From positions 1-32,331 of the forward strand of contig JACRKZ010000062.1 in the NCBI GenBank assembly GCA_016235455.1: a stretch of DNA of 32,331 nt, in the 5' to 3' direction. Positions 25,352 to 32,331 of the stretch are shown here, piece after piece. Position 1 is the first letter of the stretch. Every line of letters begins with the position of its first letter. The DNA is from Armatimonadota bacterium (GTDB lineage: Bacteria; Armatimonadota; UBA10988). A program made the position numbers and the translations under genes. The notes under the pieces are model-generated. The model had not been told where the DNA came from and did not search any database. It saw nothing but the letters and a program-made list of their open reading frames with translations.

Positions 25352-28104
25352 GGCAGGTCGCCAGCGACGCCGACCACTTGCGCCTCGGGCTGGCAGAAGC
25401 GCCGCAGCGCGGCGTTGATCTGGGCCGGCGTGAGTGCGGCCACCTTGTCATCCAGCGCCGCGTCCCAGGCGAACCGACGGCCGAGATAGGCGAGATCGCC
25501 CAGGCGGCCCGCCAGTCCAGAGTCGGCGGCCCGCGCCGAGCGGCGCTGGCGCAGCACGGCGTCCTTGGCCGCCGCGACCTCTTCGGCCGTGAAGCCGTCC
25601 TTCAGCGCCCTCTGGACCTCGTCATTGACCGCGGCCTCGAACTTGGCCAGGTCTTTGGCCGGGAAGATGCCGCCGATGGCGAACGAGCCGCGGTCGTCCT
25701 GCGAACCGGCCGCGAAGCTGGCGCTGATGCCGTAGCTGATGCCTTCCTTCTCACGCACGCGCTTCCACAGCCGCGAGTCGGCGCCGCCGCCCAGCAGCCG
25801 CGCGGCCAGCAGGCCAGCGGCGTAGTCCGGGTCGTCGTCACGCACCTGCAACAGGTTCACGGTCTGATAGGTGCCATTGGGCTTGTCGGCCATGCGTACC
25901 AGCAGTCGTTGGGGCTTGGCAGCGACGAATGGGCGCGCGATGCGCGTGTAAGGCTTGCCGCTCTTCCAGCCGCCCAACAGCTTCTCTGTCAATGCGGTCA
26001 GCTCAGCCGCGTCGAAGTCGCCGCAGGCCGCCACCTCGCCGGTGGACGCGCCGTAGAACTCGGTGTAGAACGCCTTGACCGCCTCGAGAGTCAGCCCCTG
26101 GAGGTCGGCCGCGGCTTCCTCCGGCGTCTGCACGTAGCGCGGGTCACCGGGCGGGTAGACATTGAGCGCGCGGCCGAGCGCCACGCCGAGTTGAGCGCGC
26201 GGGTCGCTCTTCGACTCCTCGGTCGCCGCCAGCGACTGCGTCCGGGCCTCGGCAAACTCGCTGGCCGGGAAGGTCGGCGTGCGCAACACCTCGACCGCGA
26301 ACGACAGCGCCGCGACCAGGTTCTCGCGCGTGGTGCGTACGTTGATGCTGGCGCTGGTGGCGTTGCCGCCCACCGAGACCTCCGCCTTCAGCCGGTTGAT
26401 CTCGTCTTGGATCTGCTGCCGCGTGTACTTGGCCGAGCCGCGCATCAACAGTTGACCAGCCATATCCGCCGCGGCCAGGCGGCCCTTCACGCTCTCCAGA
26501 TCGCCAAAGCGCAGCGCGATCCGCACCGAGACCTCGGCGCCGCGCGTCTTGCGGGGCAGCAGCGCCAACTTGAGCCCGCTGGGCGTCTGGCCCCACTGCG
26601 TGCGCGCGTCCAGGTTGGCGGGCGTGGGGTCGAAGGTTTCGCCCTCGGCCACCGCCGCCCGGCCCTTGTAGTCGCGCACCGCGGCGGCGATGTCGGGGGT
26701 GGGCGGAATGGTCACGCGGTCGCCGTTGGTGGTGGGGTAGAACAGGCCGACCGTGCGGTTGGACGGCTTGAGGTAGGTCGCCGCCACGCGCTGCACGTCG
26801 GCCAGCGTGACCGCGGCGATCCGGTCGCGATGCAGGAAGAACAGCCGCCAATCGCCCAGGCCAACCCATTCGCTCAGGCTGGTGGCCATACGCTGCGAGT
26901 TGAGCATGGCCATCTCGGTGCGCTTGGCCATGCCGGACTTGGCGCGGTCCACCTCGGCGGCGTCGATGGGCTTGGCCGGCAGCCCTTCGGCCAACGCCGT
27001 CAGCGAGTCGCGCAGCGGCTCCAGCGGCGCATTGACCGGCGCGTCGGCATCGACGAGGAACAGGCCGGCATCATGCTGCCGCAGGCAGCCGGCGCTGGCG
27101 TCGACGGCCTGGTTGGTCTTGACCAGCGCCTCGTTCAGCCGGCCCGAGGCCGGATTGCCGAGCGCCGAGGCCAGCACGTCCAGCGCCGCGAAGTCGGGAT
27201 GCGAGCCCGCGGGAATGTGGTAGGCGGCGATGACGCTGGGCCGGGGACCGGCCACGCGCATGGTCACCTGCCGCTCGCCATACTGCGTCGGCTCCACGGT
27301 GTAGGTCGGATAGAGCCGTCGCGTGGGCGCCGGCAGCACGCCGAACTTGGCGGCCACCAGGGCCAGCGTCTTGGCCACGTCGAGCTTGCCGGCCACCACC
27401 AGCACGGCGTTGTCGGGCTGATAGTAGTTGCGATAGAAGGCCTGCACCCGCTCCAGCGGCACGCCGTCCAGGTCGCTGCGCAGACCGATGGTGGAGCGGC
27501 CGTAGTTGTGCCACTGGTAGGCGGCATGCATCAGCGCGAACCACAGCAGCCGGCCCCCGTCGTTCTCGCCCGAGTCCATCTCGTTCTGGACGATCTTGCG
27601 CTCGGCGTCGAGGTCGGCCCGGCCGATGGTCAGGCGCGCCATGCGGCTGGCTTCCAGGTCCAGCGCCCAGGCCAGGTTGGCGTCGCTGGCGGTGACCGTC
27701 TCGAAGAAGTTGGTGCGGTCGATGGACGTGGTGCCGTTCCATTGCGCGCCATGCTGCATCAGCTCGCCCTTGATGTCGCGGTGGCCCGCGGCCGTGCGGA
27801 ACATCAGGTGCTCGAAGAGGTGGGCCATGCCGCCTTCACCGTAGTTCTCGAACCGCGAGCCGACCAGGTAGTTGATGCAGACCGTCACGTTCTCCGTGGT
27901 GGCGTCGGGGAACAGCAGCACCCGCAGGCCGTTGGCACAGTCGTACTCGGTGATGCCCTCGACCGACGGCCCCTTGACCATGCCCGCCGGTAACGGCGCG
28001 GCCGGTAACGGCGCGGCCGGCAACGGCGCGGCGTGCACACCGGCCGCGACCATCGCGGCCACGAACAGGCCCAGTACCAACCGGCAGACTCGACTACTCG
28101 GCAT
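25348..28104 (-). CDS. Secreted M16 family zinc metallopeptidase (pitrilysin-like, fused two-half type), 918 aa
   Basis: Signal peptide; GMAHLFEHLMF (HxxEH), NGTTSIDRTNFF, FYRNYYQPDNAVL.VAG; second half has SRLWKRVREKEGISYG and lacks HxxEH. Confidence 0.92.
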   Translation of the reverse strand: MPSSRVCRLVLGLFVAAMVAAGVHAAPLPAAPLPAAPLPAGMVKGPSVEGITEYDCANGLRVLLFPDATTENVTVCINYLVGSRFENYGEGGMAHLFEHLMFRTAAGHRDIKGELMQHGAQWNGTTSIDRTNFFETVTASDANLAWALDLEASRMARLTIGRADLDAERKIVQNEMDSGENDGGRLLWFALMHAAYQWHNYGRSTIGLRSDLDGVPLERVQAFYRNYYQPDNAVLVVAGKLDVAKTLALVAAKFGVLPAPTRRLYPTYTVEPTQYGERQVTMRVAGPRPSVIAAYHIPAGSHPDFAALDVLASALGNPASGRLNEALVKTNQAVDASAGCLRQHDAGLFLVDADAPVNAPLEPLRDSLTALAEGLPAKPIDAAEVDRAKSGMAKRTEMAMLNSQRMATSLSEWVGLGDWRLFFLHRDRIAAVTLADVQRVAATYLKPSNRTVGLFYPTTNGDRVTIPPTPDIAAAVRDYKGRAAVAEGETFDPTPANLDARTQWGQTPSGLKLALLPRKTRGAEVSVRIALRFGDLESVKGRLAAADMAGQLLMRGSAKYTRQQIQDEINRLKAEVSVGGNATSASINVRTTRENLVAALSFAVEVLRTPTFPASEFAEARTQSLAATEESKSDPRAQLGVALGRALNVYPPGDPRYVQTPEEAAADLQGLTLEAVKAFYTEFYGASTGEVAACGDFDAAELTALTEKLLGGWKSGKPYTRIARPFVAAKPQRLLVRMADKPNGTYQTVNLLQVRDDDPDYAAGLLAARLLGGGADSRLWKRVREKEGISYGISASFAAGSQDDRGSFAIGGIFPAKDLAKFEAAVNDEVQRALKDGFTAEEVAAAKDAVLRQRRSARAADSGLAGRLGDLAYLGRRFAWDAALDDKVAALTPAQINAALRRFCQPEAQVVGVAGDLP
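27986..28030. repeat. 3 x 15-bp in-frame tandem repeat (AAPLP x3) after the M16 signal peptide
   Basis: GCCGGTAACGGCGCG x2 + GCCGGCAACGGCGCG. Confidence 0.9.
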
Positions 28105-28140
28105 GATCCGTCTCCTCGATGGCCAGAGTGTATGCCAACC

Positions 28141-30150
28141 TCACGGCTTGGCCACTGGGAACATCGACAGTCGCAACTTGGTGCAACCATAGGGCACCAG
28201 GGTGATCGGCTGGCGTGCGCCCGTGGCGGCCAGCGGCGTGGCGGGCATCTTGGGCGTGGCCAGGTCGAGCGGCCAGTCCACCGGCGCGGCCGTGGTCTCG
28301 ATGGTCAGCGGCGCGGCCTGTGGCCAGTCCCAGCGCGCGGGCATGGCGCCGCGCTTCACCGTCAGGTCCAGCTGGCCGGCGGACAGAGCCACCTGCCAAT
28401 GCGCGGCCGGATCGGCGGTGTTGATATCGCGGCCTTCGGTGGACAGGGCGAACAGCAACGGCCCATAGGACACCGTGGCATACGGCGCGCCGTCGCCCTC
28501 CAGCGTCACCGTGCCGCCCGTGGCCGTGGCCGCACCGGCGTTGACGTCGTGGCCGGTGGTCACGCCGGCGGTCATCGGCAGTCGCAAGGCGACCGTGTCG
28601 CCAGGCTTCCAGGCGCGTTCCAGGCGAGCGAAGCCGGTGGCGTCGGCCTTGGCCGGCACGACCTGGCCGTTGACGCTCAGTTCCGGCGCGGCACACCAGC
28701 CGGGCAGGCGCAGGCTCAGCGGGAAGCTGACCTCGCGCGCTGGGTCGATGTGCAACGTGATGGTCTCGTCGAACGGGTAGTTGGTCCGGCAGTCGATGGT
28801 CACCGGCACCTTGTCGCTGACCAGTGCCGTCAGCTTGCACGGCCCGTAGCAGGCTGCGGCCAGGCCGTTGTCGTGCGTGGCCAGCCACATGTGCTGCACG
28901 TAGTTGGGCACGATGCGGTTGAGCGCGGCGGTGCAGCACAGCGGCTGGTGCGTCGGCGCGTACTGACCGCCCTCGGCGCGCGGGCCGTGCGGGTAGTCGG
29001 GCGAGCCGGGCGCGATGCGGTTGGGGCTCTGGAAGTAGACATGCGTCTTGAAATCGCGCGACACCGTGGCCGGCCCGGCATTGAAGAAGGCGCGCTCGAC
29101 ACGGTCGGCCAGCCGGCCCTGACCGCTGACGGTCAGCAGCGCGATCTGGCTCCATACGTAGCCCGCCACATCGCAGGTCTCGGACCCGCGGAAGGCGCCG
29201 GTGGGGCCCCAGTACTCGTCGGATACAGGCACGCCGTGCGGCTGCATGGCGCGATCGGCCAGCAGGTCGTGCCAGGCCAGCGCGGTGTCGAGGAACTCGC
29301 GCTTCCCGGTCCACAGATAGCCCAGCGCCCAGGGCGTGGTGCTTTCCAGGAAGTGCACCACATGGTCGTTGGCCTCGGCGCCGGGCTCGGTCTTCGGCAG
29401 ATGCCGGTAACGCGCCCACGAGCTGTCCTTGGCGCCGTCGGGCGCGAACAGCGCGTCGAGTCCGGCGGCTATCTGCTTGTTGCCGGTCTGGGTATAGGCG
29501 TCGAACGCCGGCCACGGGTTGGACATGCCCCAGCCCATGCGCAGCGCGTCGTAGCCGCCGCTGTAGGCCATCTCCAGCGCGTGCAACGCCGCGGGATCGT
29601 GTGAGCCGGCGTAGTAGCCCGACATGGCGCGGCCCAGCAAGCCGCTGGCCCAGCAGGGCCAATGGTCGTCGACAGCCGACCACTGCCGGTGCTCGGCGTT
29701 GTTGCGGTCCAGCCACCAGAGGAAGAGGATGCTGTCGGGCTGCATATGCTGGGCCAGGACGCCGATGCGGCGTTTGGCCTGGGCGATGAGCGCCTCGTCG
29801 TGGAGGATGTAACCCAGCCGCCCCAGCCCATCGAACCAGTAGCCGCCACCCTCATACGGCCATGCGCCGCGCGGCCAGGCGAGGTGCTCGCCGGTCATCT
29901 GGTAGTCGTCGGCCCAGGCCTGGCGGAAGGCCTGGTCGACCTCGTCCATGTGGCCCGTATAGCCGTCGCGCGCCGCCAGGCACCAGTCGCGCAGCCAGCC
30001 CTGGGGCTCGACGGCGCCCGGCGGCAGGGCGATCAGCGCCGCGCGCGTCGGCGGCTCAAAGGGACGGGCGTAGTTGAGGCTGGTCATGGGTTGCTCCTGC
30101 GACCAAACGGCCGCGCCGATCAGGAGAGTCAGGCAGGCCAGTCGCACCAC
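28141..30150 (-). CDS. GH127-like beta-L-arabinofuranosidase family glycoside hydrolase, secreted
   Basis: LPPGAVEPQGWL, WPYEGGGYWFDG, GSETCDV, ADRVERAFFNA, PLCCTAA, TNYPFDETI, LRLPGWC, RAWKPGD, LVPYGCTKLR; GGAGG RBS and GTG start. Confidence 0.85.
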   Translation of the reverse strand: MVRLACLTLLIGAAVWSQEQPMTSLNYARPFEPPTRAALIALPPGAVEPQGWLRDWCLAARDGYTGHMDEVDQAFRQAWADDYQMTGEHLAWPRGAWPYEGGGYWFDGLGRLGYILHDEALIAQAKRRIGVLAQHMQPDSILFLWWLDRNNAEHRQWSAVDDHWPCWASGLLGRAMSGYYAGSHDPAALHALEMAYSGGYDALRMGWGMSNPWPAFDAYTQTGNKQIAAGLDALFAPDGAKDSSWARYRHLPKTEPGAEANDHVVHFLESTTPWALGYLWTGKREFLDTALAWHDLLADRAMQPHGVPVSDEYWGPTGAFRGSETCDVAGYVWSQIALLTVSGQGRLADRVERAFFNAGPATVSRDFKTHVYFQSPNRIAPGSPDYPHGPRAEGGQYAPTHQPLCCTAALNRIVPNYVQHMWLATHDNGLAAACYGPCKLTALVSDKVPVTIDCRTNYPFDETITLHIDPAREVSFPLSLRLPGWCAAPELSVNGQVVPAKADATGFARLERAWKPGDTVALRLPMTAGVTTGHDVNAGAATATGGTVTLEGDGAPYATVSYGPLLFALSTEGRDINTADPAAHWQVALSAGQLDLTVKRGAMPARWDWPQAAPLTIETTAAPVDWPLDLATPKMPATPLAATGARQPITLVPYGCTKLRLSMFPVAKP

Positions 30151-30374
30151 GGCGAAGTCCTCCGCGCCATTCCGGCGCCAGCCGCGTCGGCCGACACCAC
30201 GCGCGCCGCATATTCCGACTCGCGCGGGCTAACCCTCCTTGAACCCGCGACACAGCGCGGCCGTCGTGGCACGAGCGCCTGGCCTATGCGCACGGCAGTG
30301 CTACGAGGCTGCCACGCAGACGGGGGCATGTCGTGCGCCGGGCTCGATAGGCGGACCGGGTCCCTGGTGCGCTG

Positions 30375-30380
30375 TACAAT
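30375..30380 (+). promoter_or_regulatory. Possible -10 box for the YbjT-like gene
   Basis: TACAAT about 40 nt upstream of the GTG start; no clear -35. Confidence 0.35.
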
Positions 30381-30417
30381 GTAGATCCGAGCGGCGCGGG
30401 GCAAAGGACGAAGGCGC

Positions 30418-31863
30418 GTGCAAGAACAGCCCATCCTGGTAACTGGCGCAACGGGCTATGTTGGCGGACGCCTGGTGCGGCGCCTGGAGGCCGCGGGACG
30501 TCCTGTTCGCTGCCTTGCCCGCCGCGCCGAGTACCTGCGCGGCCGCGTTGGCGAGGGCACCACGGTGTTCGCCGGCGATGTGCTGCAACCGGACAGTCTG
30601 ACCGACGCCCTGACCGGCGTTCGCGCAGCGTACTACCTGGTTCACGCCATGGCGGCGGGCGGCTCGTTTGAGGAGCGTGACCGTCGGGCCGCAGCCAACT
30701 TCGGCGCGGCGGCGCGGGCCGCTGGGCTCAAGCGCATCATCTACCTGGGCGGGTTGGGCGGTGCCGACGAGGATCTCTCGGCGCACCTTCGCAGTCGGCG
30801 CGAAGTCGGCGATATCCTGCGTGCATCGGGCGTGCCGGTGACTGAGTTCCGCGCCTCGATCGTCATCGGTTCAGGCAGCCTTTCATTCGAACTGATTCGG
30901 GCTCTTGTCGAGCGGCTGCCCGTCATGGTCACACCCCGCTGGGTGAGCGTCCTGGCACAGCCGATCGCGATCGAGGACCTGCTGGCCTATCTGCTGATAG
31001 AGCTGGACCAGACCGGAGACGCTGACAGGCTCTACGAGATTGGCGGGACCGATCAGGTCTCTTACGGCGACTTGATGCGAGAGTATGCCCGGCAGCGGGG
31101 CCTCCGGATCTGGATGCTGCCCGTGCCGTTCCTTACCCCCTGGCTGTCCAGCCTGTGGCTGGGGCTGGTCACTCCGGTCTACGCCCGCGTCGGCCGGGCG
31201 TTGATCGACAGCATGGTGCATCCAAGTGTGGTGCGCGACCCAGCCGCGCAGGCCGCCTTCAGCGTCCGACCGATCGGCGCGTCGGCGGCCATCGCCGCTG
31301 CGCTGCGCCACGAGGACCTGGAGTTCGCCGAGACCCGCTGGAACGATGCCCTGGTCGCTGCCGGCGCCACGACTGACTGGGGCGGACGTCGGTTCAATCA
31401 GCGGCTGGTCGATTCCCGGGTCGCCCGCGTCAACGTGGCGCCGGCCAAGGCGTTCGCGCCGATCCGCCGGATCGGCGGCGCGACAGGCTGGTACTACGGC
31501 ACCTGGCTTTGGCGGCTCCGCGGCGCCATCGACCTGTTGGTCGGCGGTGTGGGTCTGCGCCGCGGCCGGCGCGATCCCGAAGAGGTCTCGCCCGGCGATG
31601 TCGTGGACTTTTGGCGGGTCGAGGACTACGAGCCCGATCGTCGGTTGCGGCTGCACGCCGAGATGAAGCTCCCAGGACGGGCTTGGCTGGAGTTCGAGGT
31701 CCAGGCCGACGATGAGGGCGGTAGCACTATCCGGCAGACCGCGACCTTCGACCCGCTCGGGCTCTTCGGCCTGGCCTACTGGTACGGCATCTGGCCGCTC
31801 CATCGGGCCGTCTTCCGAGGTATGCTGCGGAACATCGCGGCCGCGGCCGAACGAGATCGGTAG
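30418..31863 (+). CDS. NAD(P)-binding atypical SDR with C-terminal DUF2867 domain (YbjT-like)
   Basis: ILVTGATGYVGGRL, AYYLVHAM, IIYLGGLG, LSAHLRSRREVG, FRASIVIGSGS.SFE; C-terminal IGGATGWYYG..LW.LRG, DFWRVE, AEMKLPGRAWLEF, GLAYWY. Confidence 0.9.
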   Translation: MQEQPILVTGATGYVGGRLVRRLEAAGRPVRCLARRAEYLRGRVGEGTTVFAGDVLQPDSLTDALTGVRAAYYLVHAMAAGGSFEERDRRAAANFGAAARAAGLKRIIYLGGLGGADEDLSAHLRSRREVGDILRASGVPVTEFRASIVIGSGSLSFELIRALVERLPVMVTPRWVSVLAQPIAIEDLLAYLLIELDQTGDADRLYEIGGTDQVSYGDLMREYARQRGLRIWMLPVPFLTPWLSSLWLGLVTPVYARVGRALIDSMVHPSVVRDPAAQAAFSVRPIGASAAIAAALRHEDLEFAETRWNDALVAAGATTDWGGRRFNQRLVDSRVARVNVAPAKAFAPIRRIGGATGWYYGTWLWRLRGAIDLLVGGVGLRRGRRDPEEVSPGDVVDFWRVEDYEPDRRLRLHAEMKLPGRAWLEFEVQADDEGGSTIRQTATFDPLGLFGLAYWYGIWPLHRAVFRGMLRNIAAAAERDR

Positions 31864-31987
31864 GTCCGGCCCATCGTCAGCACCGCACACCCACCCCGCC
31901 CCGCCAACCCGCGGCCCGCATCATGAGGGCCAACTCACTGGCCACGGCCACGAACCGGCAGTCCTCGGCCACACGACGCAGGGCGGC

Positions 31988-32090
31988 CTACCGCGATGTG
32001 GGGGACGCACCTCGGTTCTGCAACCAATGCCCCACAGTTGTCACCATATTTGTACTGTGTGGAGTCCCCGCAACACACGAGCCGCGGTAG
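31988..32090. repeat. Nested imperfect palindrome with an AT-richer core between convergent genes
   Basis: CTACCGCG/CGCGGTAG (31988/32083), GGGGAC/GTCCCC (32001/32064), CACAGT/ACTGTG (32033/32054). Confidence 0.5.
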
Positions 32091-32115
32091 TACCACGAGC
32101 GGCGGATCGCTGCGG

Positions 32116-32331
32116 CTAGTTCGGAGCCTCCGCGGCTGGCGCGGCTGGTTTGGGCGCCTTCAGCTCCGCCTCCAGCGCCGGCAGCGGGTCCTCGCCTTCG
32201 CCCGTACGGTTGTATTCGAGGAACGCGTTGGCCCGCTTCAGGCTCAGGTCCTTGGCCTTGAAGCAGCAGGCCACGTTCTTCATCACCCGCGCCAGCTTCT
32301 TCTCGTCGCCTGCCGTCCATTCGGCCAGTTG
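32116..32331 (-). CDS. 3' end of a hypothetical protein entering from the right edge
   Basis: Open frame from 32331: QLAEWTAGDEKKLARVMKNVACCFKAKDLSLKRANAFLEYNRTGEGEDPLPALEAELKAPKPAAPAAEAPN*, with strong GC3 codon bias. Confidence 0.75.
   Translation of the reverse strand, partial: QLAEWTAGDEKKLARVMKNVACCFKAKDLSLKRANAFLEYNRTGEGEDPLPALEAELKAPKPAAPAAEAPN

Noticed and set aside
25378-27993. Very long antisense ORFs (871 aa here; also 3759-5573, 6527-8506, 9703-11157, 28033-29604)
   Set aside because: Typical stop-poor shadows of real genes in high-GC DNA, with no recognisable motifs.
30418-31863. Horizontal acquisition of the YbjT-like gene (more A/T-ending codons by eye)
   Set aside because: Not quantified, and no mobility gene or target duplication is visible; it would need a GC3/codon-usage calculation.

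Overview
A very GC-rich bacterial window (roughly 70% by eye). Its gene mix of secreted glycoside hydrolases and lyases, BNR, ThuA and ceramidase-like proteins, a URO-D-family protein and an AfsR-like remnant suggests an Armatimonadota/Planctomycetota-type heterotroph (inference). It holds about 24 protein-coding loci; I saw no rRNA, tRNA, CRISPR or intact transposase. Signals the ORF track misses: (1) a complete tryptophan attenuator at the left edge, with a sigma70 promoter, an apparently leaderless 16-aa peptide MQAGSTTNRQWWWRTW, and antiterminator and terminator hairpins; (2) a perfect 35-bp inverted repeat built from roughly 9-bp CAGAT units; (3) a collapsed, frameshifted AfsR/STAND-type regulator followed by 11-bp-spaced direct repeats, a -10 box and a structured non-coding segment; (4) a frameshifted zinc-ribbon/L7-L12-like gene. 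Unusual gene arrangements: a microcompartment-type aldehyde dehydrogenase with an encapsulation peptide 1 nt behind a leaderless aroB and no shell genes nearby; a rubrerythrin with a Sec signal peptide; a ctpA-LysM (no catalytic domain)-Hsp70 operon; and a split TPM/zinc-ribbon gene pair. All product calls come from motif recognition only; no database search was run.
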